This document shows positions 44,501-60,037 of a stretch of DNA of 64,000 bases, piece by piece. Every line of letters starts with the position of its first letter. The first letter of the stretch is position 1. Under the pieces are notes generated by a model. It had not been told where the DNA came from, made no database searches, and saw only the letters and a list, made by a program, of their open reading frames with translations. The position numbers were made by a program, and so were the translations under genes. Source of the DNA: the human T2T-CHM13v2.0 reference genome, Homo sapiens; NCBI RefSeq assembly GCF_009914755.1, contig NC_060936.1; one strand, written 5' to 3'.

Positions 44501-44729
44501 CTCACTGCAACCTCTGCCTCCCAGGTTCAAGTGATTCTCCTGCCTCAGCCTCCCCAGTAGCTGGGATTACAGGTGCATGCCACCATGCCCAGCTAATTGT
44601 TGTATTTTTAGTAGAGACGGGATTTCACCATGTTGGCGAGGCTGGTCTCGAACGCCTGACCTCAGGTGATCCTCCCACCTCAGCCTCCCAAAGTGCTGGA
44701 ATTACAGGCATGAGCCACCACACCCAGCC
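44501..44729 (-). mobile_element. AluS lacking its 3' end and tail
   Basis: Begins abruptly at ctcactgcaacc; left arm complete. Confidence 0.95.
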
Positions 44730-45049
44730 TTATATTAGCTATTTTTAAACTCTTGTCTCCTAAATGTTTTCTCATGCTTGCATAAATATAAAAACATATC
44801 TCTACTGAATTTTTTTTCCCAAAGTATTGAATGATTTTCAAGACATGTCTTTGAAAATGGAATTGTCCTCCCTTCGACATGATGGGGAGACAGGGCAGGT
44901 GAGGCAGTGACTGCAGATGATTAGGGAGCAGGGCTCCTATACTCCAACACTCTCAGGCCGATACACAAGATGAGAATGTCCACTGCCCTAAGACAGAGGC
45001 ATTTTGTCCAAGTGCTTCTGTTCTCTCCCTCACTGACACTGTGCCTCTG

Positions 45050-45660
45050 GTGGAAGTGAGCCTCCAAAGACAGCCTCCGACAATTCCTCCTCTCTGTGTA
45101 CATGCACACTGTGGGGGAGGAGCTAACTTCCCCCTGACCCCTTGAACATGAACTTGCCCATGATCATTTGACCAATGGAAAGCACTGGGAGTGACATTCA
45201 AAAGCTTAAGCCAATGAGCAGCTTCTTTCTTATTCTTGAAACTCATTGTTAGAATCCAGCCACGTGGGAGGCACCTGATGGAGGACAAGGCTCTCCTGTG
45301 CAGCCTTGGCTCAGCTCACAGCTGGCAGCCAGCAGCTGGATGTGCATATGAGGCCTTTAGACCATCGGGGACATTTCGGCCTAATCTAGTCCCCGGATGC
45401 CTGAAGATCCATCTACATCATCTGAAACAGGTGCAGCCTTGGCTCAGCTCACAGCTGGCAGCCAGCAGCTGGACATCCACATCAGGCCTTTAGACCTTCA
45501 GGGACATTTCGGTCTAATATAGTCCCCAGATGCCTGAAGACCCATCTACATCATCTGAAACAGAAAACCACTCAGTTTGTCTCAGTCAACTTACAGAATC
45601 ATGCAAGAATAATAAGAGTCATTTTAAGGCACTCAGTAATATTTAGCTAAAATAACTCTT
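45050..45660 (+). mobile_element. MLT1 (G/H-like) LTR with internal tandem duplication
   Basis: tttgaccaatggaa, cagaatcatgcaagaataataa..ttttaaggcact. Confidence 0.6.
45298..45563 (+). repeat. Tandem duplication, 2 x 133 bp
   Basis: 45298-45430 and 45431-45563, 11 mismatches, no indels. Confidence 0.97.
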
Positions 45661-45759
45661 TAATTTCTAGTGATGTCTCTGAACAAACTTGTAGGTTGAG
45701 GATTCTTTGACCACAAAACCATGACATCTGCCACACTGGCCTTCAGTGTAAGATGGAAT

Positions 45760-46315
45760 GGAATATGGATTCGTATTTGTCCCCACAATTCCATGACAAG
45801 GTATATACCCTGAATAATTGAAAACAGGTGTTCAAACAAACACATGTAAACATATGTTCATGGCAGGACCATGTACAATAGGCAAGGGTGAAAACAGTCC
45901 AAATGCCCATTGGCGGATGCATGGATTAACAAAATATAGCATATAAATACAATGGAATATTATTCAGCCATAAAAAAGGAATTAAGTGTTAATACATGCT
46001 ACAACATGGATGAACCTCAAGGACATTATTACGGCAAGTGAAAGAAACCAGACACAAAAGGTTGCATATTGTGTGATTCAATTTGTAGGAAATATCTGGA
46101 ATAAATAAATCCATAGAGACTGAAGGCAGATTGGTGGTGCCAGGGGTAAGGGGAAGGAGTGGGGAAAGACTGCTAAGGGGTGCATGGCTGTACCGTGGAG
46201 TGATGGACACGCTTTGGAGAGAGATGTTTGCACAGCATTGTGAATATACGAAATGCCACTGAATTGTTCTCTTCAATGTTAATTTGATGTTATTTGACTT
46301 TCACCTCAATAAATT
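45760..46315 (+). mobile_element. L1MB-like 3' fragment
   Basis: atacatgctacaacatggatgaacctc..aagtgaaagaaaccagacacaaaagg..cacctcaataaa. Confidence 0.85.
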
Positions 46316-46474
46316 ATATTTACAAAAGCAATGGAGGTTTTTTCCTATGCCACTGAGTCAACATCCCCAAGAGGGGATGTGGCCCTTTGTGTAGGAAGGA
46401 CAGGTAGTGCTGCAATCCAAGATTGAGACCATCATGCAGAAGCAAATCAACAGGAAGATGAGAGAGAGGCTCTA

Positions 46475-46865
<391 letters not shown>

Positions 46866-47979
46866 TTACTTGACTGGGGAAAAAATATACTAAAAGTGGA
46901 ATGACTAAAATTTACTTTCATCATTGTTTTTTCAAATAAGTTTCTATTTTGATATAGCACAGCCATTTACATTTAAATCAAGCTGCCTAAAATACAGGTG
47001 TGAAAAGTAACTTTTTTTTTCTCCCTCCATCACTGTAAAACATGTAATTTCAACCCACATCACTCTTCTCACCCCAGTAGTTTCTCCATTCCACTTCCCC
47101 CATCAGTCCATCACGACCTGTTGTCAGAGATGAGTCTTCCAATCTAGATTTGCTTTAGTCACAGTGTGTTGTCGTAACTTTATTAACTACTTCTCACAGC
47201 CTCACATTTCTATTGATTCAGATAAGATGCTTTTTAAAAAAATATGCTATTAAATCCATGATTTTCTTCTTGCTAACAAGAAAGATTTATTTTAGATGAA
47301 CGGTTTACAGAAGGCTGTGGCAACCAACCTCCTCAGTGTCCAATTCTGGAAAGAAAGTTTCTCTAGTTTTAGGTTCATTAGGAAGGAAGTTAAACTAAAA
47401 ATAAGACAACTAGAATTTGAGTTTCAGACATACCAGCCTGCCACAATCTACTTTAGATCATTATAGGAAAAATAGCTGACGGCAAAGCAGAAGGAGTACA
47501 GAACCCAAAATATACGTGGGCATTGGTGTTTCATGTATGGTGTTTAATAAAATTCAGAAAACATATCACCATGGCTATATCTGAAGCTGTGCTCATCTTC
47601 TTATAGTTCAGCTGAGATATTTTTTAAGGACACTGGGCATGGGTAGTCTACTGGGATTGTGACCAAGGAGACAGGTTCAAATGAGTACATTGTAGGATTG
47701 TTTTTAGGCATGAAAAATTAAGAGCACAGTATATGGCTAAATAAATAGAAAGGTAATCACACTATGAGATTCTGTTGCAGAAGTGATAATGTTATGTGTT
47801 CATCACTGTTTCCCTCTTCCTGGGCACCCAGGAAAATAAGATTCCTCAGCCTCTCTCATTCGTAGGTTGGGAGCATGTGCTGGAGCTCCGGGCAATCAGG
47901 AATGTGAGCAAGGCTTGACCCATCATTTCTGTTCAGAATCCATTAAGAGCAAATGTGTGATCTTAGCATCTAGACCTTA

Positions 47980-48308
<329 letters not shown>

Positions 48309-48733
48309 GGGAGAAAAGGGGCCAGGGATTATTTGGAGCAATGGCTGATTCCAGCCTAAAACAGAAAATGTATGTGATAAGCCAGGACCTCTTATAGCAC
48401 AAAACAAGGAAAGTGCTCAAAAAAAGCATGGTGGCAGGAGATGACTTGAAGTGCTATGAACTGATGAATCCGGGATACTTCGAGGAAGAAAATAAATACT
48501 GATAGTAATGCTCTATAATCCATGGCATAAAACAAATATCCATGAGTTCAGAGCTGATGTAAGCACAGAATTGAAAATGTAAATTAATAAACAGGAAGGG
48601 AATGATGGTAATACAAAATCACCACTTGGCAAACAGCACAGCAATAATTGCTTTGGACAAGAATCATCAATAGATGCTAAAATTTGTGGGCAAAATATGG
48701 CAATTAATAGGATATTTACATAGCCTCAAAGCA

Positions 48734-48809
48734 TTAGGTTAGTGCAAAAGTAGTTGCAGTTTTTGCCATTACTTTTATAATTATTTTAATTACTTTTGCA
48801 CCAACCTAG
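48734..48809. mobile_element. MADE1 (Hsmar1-derived MITE)
   Basis: ttaggttagtgcaaaagtagttgcagtttttgccattact..aattacttttgcaccaacctag; mariner TIR palindrome, ca/ta flanks. Confidence 0.85.
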
Positions 48810-48999
48810 TATCTCCACATTTATTTGATGCATAGGGAAAATAGGAACCTTACAGTGGAGAAATCTGGCAGACAGCACCTGAACCAAATGCTCCAAGTTA
48901 ACCTCACCTGTAACAGGACATATTGGCATCATATTCCTTTTGATCTGATGCTCCGAGAACTGCCCAGCAAAACTTTCATGGTATTCATGTTAAAAAAAG

Positions 49000-50885
<1,886 letters not shown>

Positions 50886-50986
50886 CCAAAAAGCACAACT
50901 TGACTTCAATCACAAAAAAATTAACCAAACTCAAATTGAGGGGTAATATGCTAATTGGTTAGTGCTGATTAAATATGACAAAGTCA

Positions 50987-51097
50987 GGGGTCTAGCACCT
51001 TCCTGCAGTCCCAGCTATTTGGGAGATTAAGGAGGGAGGATGACTTGAGCCCAGAAGTTTAAGTCCAGCCTGGACAACATAGCAAGACCTCATCTCT
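50987..51097 (+). mobile_element. FLAM-like Alu monomer
   Basis: gtcccagctatttgggag..cttgagcccagaagtttaagtccagcctggacaacatagcaagacc. Confidence 0.7.
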
Positions 51098-51714
51098 GTC
51101 AATCAATCCATCAATTAAGACAAGGCCATAGAAAACTAAGAGTGTAAGAAATTATTCTGGACTGAGAGAGACTAAGCAGACGCAGCCACCCTGCACAATG
51201 TGCAGCTCTGGATTGGATCACGCATGCCAGAAAAGGGATAACTGTTGGAATTTGAATGGGTCTGTATTTATTAATAGGTTCATATCAATGTTTATTTCCT
51301 GGTTTTGATCCTTGTACTGTGGTTGTGTAACATGTTAACATTTAGGGAAGCTTAGTAAAGGACCTCTGAGAACTCTACTATTTTTGAGACATATACTTAA
51401 GCTCAACTTATTTTAAAATGAAAAGTTCGCAAGAGAGTCAATGTTTTTCCTCACCTCTTTGTTACCCTTCCAGGTTAATCCTGGAAGCCATGCACTGAGG
51501 TGGGAGCATCTTGAAATGGGAAAGCCTAGATCCCTAAGTCACTGCATGGAAGGGCATCCCGACCACCTAGACTCAACTTTACGTGAGTGAGAAACAGGTT
51601 TCTGCTGTGCTAAGACGCTGAGACTTCAAGTAACAGGTTATCGAAGCATAACCTACACTATTCTAATTAACACACCTGAGCTGCAGCTAGCAGTAATAAG
51701 CTAGGTCTTTGTGT

Positions 51715-52010
51715 ACACACATGCATAGATCTCAAGAATTATTGTTGATCAAAAGAAAAGTAAGTTGCAAAACAACAGCTACAGAGGGAAACCATTTATG
51801 TTGAAATAAAATCATGAAAATTTGGTATAGGTTTTATGTGTGCACAAATGTGTATAAAAGTATAGAAAAAGGTTTAGAAGAATATACAGTTTGAAACTGT
51901 TCATTTCTAATGAGGGGACAAGGTTTCAGGATGTGGGTGGTAGCCTTATTTGCAATATTTTAAACATGATAATATATTCAGGAATCATTTCTGTAATTAA
52001 CATTCACAAT
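51715..52010 (+). mobile_element. Ancient L1ME-like 3' fragment
   Basis: catgcatagatctcaagaa..aagtaagttgcaaaa..accatttatg. Confidence 0.5.
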
Positions 52011-54647
52011 AAAAGCAGACAGTCTGTTAAGTTGTTGACCTCAACTGAATGATCTGTAACCCATGGCAAGGATACATTTTCAGTGTAGACCTCATTAATT
52101 TGGTAGGGCCAGGTTCTCTATTTACTGTATAATGAAGTTGCATTTTCCCAGAGGATTCAGTCCCAGAGTCAGAGCTTAAGGCAGAAATTGCATAAAGTTC
52201 ATTACTCTTAAAATTTTCCTTAAATTGCCCATAAAGTATAGTGTCGAAGGTTTCATGTATCCAAAGCAATAAAGTGATTTTCCTGGACATGAATATTAAA
52301 GAACTACTGGACTACACTGAAGAGAGACACCAAATGGAATTTTCGTTGCAGGTATCTGGACTAAATCCTCTGATTTTAAGTTAACTATAAACTCCCCATC
52401 AGTCAATGGGGCACGGCTGGAGAAATACCTCTGCAGGATTTATTCTATTTTGTTTTAATATTATGCAGCCCTAATTTTAATGCATGCTAATAGATGTGTT
52501 CATTATTGAGGAATTCAGTTAAATAATGAGGTTTCATCTTCCTGGGTTTCATTTCTAGAGGCAGCTTGTAGGTTAAAAGTAATTATGGTGCAACTTCACT
52601 TTACTAGGCTTTCTTAAAGAGGAATTTATCTTATCTATAATCTTTCCATTTGGATCCTCTTTACAATGATCTCAAATAATTGCAACTCTCCTGTTTTCTT
52701 CTTGTTCTAGATGTCTTTTTGCCTGAAACTGAGCTATTAAACTGAGACCGAGTCCTCCATCTCTTCCCTCTCCACCTGGATGGGTCAACTTTCAAGGAAC
52801 TTAATTACTTTTGTAACAGAACAAAGGCTACGGAAAATGTCTGTAAAATTTGGAACACAGGCTATGAAATTAGAATCCAAGCTCTCTGCAAAGAAATATT
52901 GATTTAGTTATTCTGACAGCACGTGGTCAACAGGTTTCTCCTCAAGATCCCCCTGCTTCCCTCTAGAATTGTGTATGGTGTGTGGGTGGAGGAGTTGGAA
53001 AGGGGAGAAACTCTAGGGGAAAAGGGGTTGGAAATGGCTATGGGGCTATTGAGGTTCAGAGAAAGAAAGCCTGATTTCTGTTCTAAGCAGAGGCTAGGAG
53101 GCTGGGGAAGGTCAAAGCCAACATCACAATAATGGAAGAATGGAGAAGGACATAAGGTTTGCTAGGAGCAATCAGAAGGATAGAATACATGGGTTTTAAG
53201 GGGGATGGGGGGAGTAAAATGGGAGATCGAACATGGGGCAGGAAGCCTTTTCATATGAGTCCACAGCCCCCACCACCATGGAAGGGAGAAAGTATCATGG
53301 GTTGGTATGATAACGGCATGCCTATCATGTTAGGATGAAATTAATAAGCATGAGCTGGAAGAATATTAATAAAGATCAACATTCACATCTATTGGCCCTC
53401 TTCACATTTTCCCCATGATTTAGCAAAATAAATTCATCCACATCAATAAGAAGATTCCTAAGTCTTCCTTTTTGTTACACTGATAGGCAAGAAGCTTGGT
53501 CTTCATACTAATATTTTCTCTGCTCTTTCCAAAATGTAGTCCTAATGTGCTCAGCAGAGAAACAATGGAAGAAGCCCATTAGCTCCCATTAGCGTATCTG
53601 AAAGTAGCTGTAACTGACTCCCGAGGAGCCAAAGATTCTTATAGAGAAGAGGGAGCTATGCAAGCCCTTCATTGCTAATCAAATCACACCCATGAGCGCA
53701 AATGAGATTGATCCATCCTTTATGGAGAATCCTGTAATTAGAGAAGGGCCAGGGTTAATGACCAAAGGAAAACAGACTAGCTCACTGCTACACTCCTCAT
53801 GAGCATCTCAATTCAGTTTCGGATTTATAAACCTAACCTCTGGTTCCTCCTATCCTGCCACCTATTATTGTTAATATAGATGAGTATAGACACATGCAAG
53901 GATAATCACTCAGAAAGTGCAATTGATAATATTGAAGATTACAAAGAAATAACTTTTAATAGCACATAATTACCAATAACACAGACATATTCATAGTTAA
54001 TTATGCCATTGCGTGGGATGAGATTTGAGAAAGTAGAGGAGAAAATGAAAAAAGGAGAGAAAGACCTTTTCTTGGCTTTCGATTTCCAAAAGTCTAGAAA
54101 AAAGGTACAGGAAATGCTAAGGATCTGAATGAAGACTCAGTGCCTACTAACAAGGGCTGCTCCACATCCACAAGTTAGTCCTCAAACTAAAAGGGAGGGA
54201 GGGTAGTCAGTGGAGAAGTAGAGATATTGGTGGATCTGTTTCCCAGAACGAGCCGAGGAGAGAGAGGATCTGAGGGCAGAGAGGCCCTGTTTTCTGTTCC
54301 CAGGGATGTGGAGGGTATCCAGAGAGAGAAATTGACAGAGACTTGACTAGCCTGACAGGGCTTTGCATATCATCCTGGAGATTTCCTGTGCCCTAGGGTG
54401 GTACGGAGGCAGTGCAAGCATCCTCATGTGCCCAGGAGTATTGCGGAAGTAGCCCCAAGAGCCTCTGGACCCAAAAAGTCAGTTCACCATGTAGGTGGGG
54501 TGAAAGAGGTCATCCTGATGGCTTGGGAGCAGCAGAGCCAATGCATTAAAGCCAGACGGACACCTGGGTCTCAGAAGATGCTTTACATGAAGAAGTTATT
54601 CAGTCAGATATTTCCATCCCCACATGCTTTGGAAGTGTATTCTGGGG

Positions 54648-55171
54648 CAGCAGTCCCCAGCCTTTCTGGCACCAGGGACCAGTTTTGTAGAAGACAATTT
54701 TTCCAAAGACGGGTGGCGGGATGGTTTTGGGATGATTCAAGTGCATTACTTTTATTGTGCACTTGATTTCTATTATTCTTACATTATAATATACAATGAA
54801 ATAATTATACAATTCACCATAATGTAGAAGGAGTGGGAGCCCTGAGCTTGTTTTCCTGCAATGAGATGGTCCCATCTGGGGGTGATGGAGACAGTAACAG
54901 ATCATCAGGCATTAGATTCTCACAAGGAGCGTGCAACCTAGATCCCTCGCATGTGCAGTTCACAGTAGGGTTAGTGCTTCCATGAGAATCTAATGCTGCC
55001 ACTGATCTGACAGGAGGTAGAGCTTGGGTAGTAATGCGAGCCATGGGGAGCAGCTGTAAATACAGATGAAGCTTCGCTCGCTTGCCCATCACTTGCCTTC
55101 TGCTGTGTGGCCCGGTTCCTAACCAGCCACGGACCAATACTGGTCCATAGCCTAGGGGTTGGGGACTCCTG
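54648..55171 (+). mobile_element. MER1A hAT-Charlie DNA transposon
   Basis: TIRs cagcagtcccc / ggggactcctg; perfect 8-bp TSD ttctgggg at 54640 and 55172. Confidence 0.93.
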
Positions 55172-56437
55172 TTCTGGGGCTTCCCAGAGCATAAACACAA
55201 CCAAAAATGAAGAGGAGAGGGGGGCCCCACAGTAACTGAGATTCCATTCCTGAAAACGAGCAGCATTTAGAAACTTGAAAAAGAAATTGGGTTGCACCCT
55301 TGTAAAGTTATAAAACTATTTATCTTGCATTTTTGTGTTTGTGGCACAGGACACTATTTCCATATATGGATCATCAATATTTATATAATTAGAACAGAGG
55401 GAAGTATATGAACTAAAGTTCCATGTTTTTACCATGATTCAGAATACCCTTCAAGATTTTTAATGCCTTGAATACGAATGATGGGTATTGGTAATCAATG
55501 GCTGGCAGGTCTTTATGTCTGTCCCCTAATCTGTAAAACAAGGTCATTAGATTAAATATGTTATAAAGTGAAACAATGCAATGAAGCTTGTAATAAAATC
55601 ATCAATTGCCTTCCCTATCTGTCTTGGTGATTGGGGCTTAAACAAGGAAGGTAGCCTGGGGAGAATCTCACCATCATATATGAATCTTTACAGCTGTGCC
55701 CCATGCTTAACACAGGGCCTCTCACGCAGTTTTCAGCTGGGACAGGTGCCCCGATGCCAGAACATCTCTCATTTACCCTTTCCAGAGGGCTACCTTCAGT
55801 CTTCCTGTGGGAGTTTAGGGGACAGGTGACTGGATGCAAGGGCTAAGAGAGGGGATCCGTGGAGTCTAAAATGTTTCTTACATACAGTTCTAACTTGCCT
55901 TCCTGTTTTCAGCTCTATCACACACTGTATATTTCCAAGATACCAGGAACCTCCAGGTCCCAAGCATTTTTATTTTCTCTACTTTTTTCAATGTTTGCTC
56001 CCATCACCCCCCTGCAGGCAGTTAGCTACCTCTGCTCTGCTAATCTAGTTACCAAATGATAATGTACTTTCCATCTTTCAAAGTTTTCTGAAATATCTCC
56101 TATGACTGTGTACTGTTTTCTCCAGTTTGGTGGGATTTTTGATAAATAATCATTTCCTATTGTGATGGTTCATTGTGTGTATCAGCTGGCCTGGGCCACA
56201 GGGTGCCCAGATATTTGGTCACATGTTACTGAGTGTTTCTGTTAGGGTGTTTTTTTGATGAGATGAACTTTGAGTAAAGCAAATTGCCCTCCATAATGTG
56301 GGTGGGCCTCATCCAATCAGTCGAAGGCTTACATAGAACAAAAAGATTGGCCTCCTGCAAGGAAGAGAGAATTCTCAGCAGACTGCCTTTGCATGTTACC
56401 TGCAACACTGATTCTTTGTAGTTCCACAGAAGACGAC

Positions 56438-56629
56438 CACTACGGAACACTGCTGGCTAGACACTACGGAACACTGCTGGCTAGACACTACGGAACACTG
56501 CTGGCTAGACGCTACGGAACACTGCCGGCTACACACTACAGAACACTGCCGGCTACACACTATGGAACACTGTTGGCTAGACACTACAGAACGCTGCCGG
56601 CTAAACTCCAGGGAACACTGCCAGCTAGA
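56438..56629 (+). repeat. Minisatellite, 8 x 24 bp (cactacggaacactgctggctaga)
   Basis: First three units identical, later ones diverge. Confidence 0.97.
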
Positions 56630-56677
56630 CTCGTGCTGCAGATTTTGGACTTCCCTGCCTCTGAAATCATATTAGCC

Positions 56678-56906
<229 letters not shown>

Positions 56907-56910
56907 TAAA

Positions 56911-57232
56911 AAGTCATCCCACTGTATCCACAAGGGATTGGTTCCAGGACACCATGAATAGCAAAGTCGAGGATGCTCAAGTTCTTATACAAAAGTCTTA
57001 ATATTTGCATATAACCTTTGTACATCTGATTATACACTTTAAATCATCTCTAGATTACTTATAATACCTAATACAATGTAAATGCTATATCAATACTTGT
57101 TATACTGTATTTTTACATCTTGTATTCTTTTTTATTGTTGTACTATTACTTTGTATTTATTTTTCTGAATATTTTCCACCTGTGGTTGGTTAATCCACAA
57201 ATGTGGAACTCGAAAATACGAAGGGCCAACTA
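56911..57232 (+). mobile_element. MER2 (TcMar-Tigger)
   Basis: gggattggttccaggac..ctttaaatcatctctagattacttataatacctaatacaatgtaaatgc. Confidence 0.85.
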
Positions 57233-57318
57233 TACTCACACACAAATGAGCACACACACATACACTCACATACATATATATGAACATGCACACACATATA
57301 TACATCTATATGAACATG

Positions 57319-57350
<32 letters not shown>

Positions 57351-57389
57351 CATATGTATATTAACATGCACATACACACATACACACAT
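57233..57389 (+). repeat. Compound (CA)n/(TA)n microsatellite
   Basis: Direct inspection. Confidence 0.9.
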
Positions 57390-57469
57390 CCTGTTGGTTC
57401 TGTTTTTCTGGAAAACCCTGACTCAGGCAACTGTAAATATAAGTAAACATTCCACTATGCTTCACTAGC

Positions 57470-57650
57470 TTGAACAACACTCTTCTGATTGCTTTTTATG
57501 CACTGCGTGATTTTGAGTACGTTATCTCATTTAAACCTCCCAATGTCATTATGAAGAGATGCTTGGTGAGGTTAAATGGTTTGCAAAAGGCAAAATGGAA
57601 AAACAAGTATTTTAATATAAGCACAGTGTTCTATTCACTGCAACAGAGTT
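57470..57650 (-). mobile_element. Degenerate MIR
   Basis: gttatctcatttaaacctc..gaggttaaatggtttgc. Confidence 0.5.
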
Positions 57651-58599
57651 ATCACCCCGGTTACTTCTAAGTCCATCCTAGAAGCAACAAGATGTTCTTC
57701 GTGCCAAATAGGAGAATACTTTGTGTTACAGACTTTGCCTTTATGCTCTTCCTGATCAGCAGACAAGTGTCGGCAGCTTCTGAACCCTATTCCTGTTTCT
57801 TTCCTCAAGTGACAGATAAATCTGGATATAGGCTGTAATTCTGTTTTCCTGAAGTTTCCTACACCTTCCCATCCAAGGTGTGAGATACGTTAAAGGCACT
57901 AAAGAGAGATGAAGTGCCAGTTTCTCCAGACTAACTCATAAACAGTAGCTCAGTCTGTGTTTCCTGGAAAACAGAGCCTGAAGCCAGCAAAGGTTATGTG
58001 CTATTAATGTCTGAGGGGGTGTCAGCCCCCAGAGCAGGGATTGGGGAAAGGAGGGGTGAGTCAGGGAATCAAGGAGGCTGGTGTGAGTATACACTACCAA
58101 GCTCATTAGTATTTGGTATCAAGCACCAGACATTGCTCACTGTTGCCAGACTTTCTGGAAGACAGTACAAAGGAATGCTTCTCAGAACTCTCCATTTGGG
58201 GAGGAATTTATCAACCAGTTTCCATTTTTCAATTGGTCAGTAGTTTGCTCTGCAGGGTGCTAATTCCTCTCTGCCTCTGGGTAAAATGTATGTGCCTGTC
58301 CAGAGAAAGTTTCCTGTTTCAGAGTCTACAGGAGAGCCCTAGGGAAGGACAGCCTGGACACGCAGGGAGACCCCCGTCTTTAGTGTCAGAGGAAAGTCCT
58401 CAGAGTCAATGTGGAGTTTGTTGCCACAGTAGCAGGGGGCTGGAAAAACTGGCTGAAGGTCCTGGAACCAGGTGGGGCAGACAGAATCTGAAATAGAGCA
58501 AAGCTGCATTTGGTGCACGTTCTTTAGTCCAGTTCTCTCATCCTGACCCCCACAGGCCTTCCCGAGTGATTTTGGCCTGGCTAGGCCTCACAGTGGGTT

Positions 58600-58940
58600 C
58601 AAGGCAAGCCATTTGCTGCCAGCAGCAGAAAGCAACTTCGGATCATTTAAGCAATACAGGGATTTACAGGAAAGATATTGGGACAAACTTGAGAATTTAA
58701 AAAATAGCTGAGAAAGCAGGTCTGCAGAAGGGCAAGAACCAGGACCAGAAAGGGATTCCAGCAGCAGGTCAACGCCTCTGCCGTTAGTAAGAATTGGCTT
58801 CAAAGCACCCCAGGCTCTGTGGCTTTCCTTTCCAGTTTAAGGTGCTCGGGAGAGAATCTGATCGGGTCAGCTGCACAGGGTGTTTCTATGCCTTAATTAC
58901 TTATCTGCGGCCAGGGCACAGGATGGCAGATGAAGGGTGT
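58600..58940 (-). mobile_element. Ancient MLT1-type LTR fragment
   Basis: gcagcagaaagcaact..tttaagca..gggagagaatctgatcgg. Confidence 0.45.
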
Positions 58941-59306
58941 CCCTGTGAGCATCCTGCATCAGACTGGATAAGCGAGGTTATCAGGTCGTTATCAAACGAC
59001 CTCATCGCCCTGGTGCTTTAACAAAGGTTGATTTCCTCGTCAGGCTGCACACCTGTCACAGGTCGGCTGGGGACGCTGCTCTCCCCAACCCCATGTTCTG
59101 GGACCCAGGCTACTTAAGCAGCCAGTATCTTGAACATGGTCAGACACCAAGCCAGACAGAAAGATCACTCTGGAGGCTTTTGAGCTGGTAATTAAATGTT
59201 TTTTAGGAAGAACTGGTTATTTGACTTACTCAACCACAAGGGAAAAGAAAAGGATGATGCCACAATCTGGGTGGGGAGACATGGAAACATTTGAAAAACA
59301 ACATTA

Positions 59307-59393
59307 ATACATATCACCAACTCATGGGTGGGATTCATACATATCATCACCAACTCATGGGTGGGATTCATACATATCACCAACTCATGGGTG
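59307..59393 (+). repeat. Tandem repeat, ~2.8 x 30 bp (atacatatcaccaactcatgggtgggattc)
   Basis: Units identical except a 3-bp slippage in unit 2. Confidence 0.97.
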
Positions 59394-59554
59394 TAGAGGG
59401 TAGGACTGTTTCCAGCAGAAGACAAACGAATTACAAGGCAGAGAAAATGATCAATGTCTATCATAAGCAACGACAGGCTTGAGGAAGACTGAATTCTTTA
59501 TCTCAGAATTTTAGAGCTAAAGTAAACCTACAGCTTGCAAAGTCACACTTCTGC

Positions 59555-60037
59555 TTTTTAATGTTTTTTATTTTTTAAAATGCATCAACACATCGCAATT
59601 GTATATATTTATAGGGTTCAGTTTGATATTTTGATACATATATATGTTGTATAATGGTCAAACCAGAGTGTTTAAGCATATCCATCACACATTTATCATT
59701 TCTTTGTGGTCAAAACATTCAAAAGCTCTTGTCTAGCTACTTTTTAATATAAAAGGCCTCACTGTTAACCGTCATCACCCCACCATGCAGTAAAACACCA
59801 GAACTGCTTCCTCCTATCTGATTGTCACTGTGTACCCATTAACCAGCCTCTCCCCATCCACCCCACAATCTTTCTGTCTGGCTCCCCTATTTCTGGTAAC
59901 CAACGGTTCTACTTTCTGCTTCTGTAATACAACTCTTTTTATCTTAATTTTAGATTTCACATATGAGTGAAATCCTGCGGTATTTGTCTTTCTGTGTCTG
60001 GCTTATTTCACTTAATGTGATGTCCTCCAGGCCCATC
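59555..60037 (-). mobile_element. L1MA 3' fragment
   Basis: catttatcatttctttgtggt..gatttcacatatgagtga..ggcttatttcacttaa. Confidence 0.85.

Noticed and set aside
52027-52290. 87-aa ORF faintly resembling an ancient CR1/L3 reverse transcriptase
   Set aside because: Similarity too weak to call by eye; needs a Dfam HMM search
53560-53800. Unique stretch with conserved-element-like look
   Set aside because: Too short and no specific motif cluster to support a call
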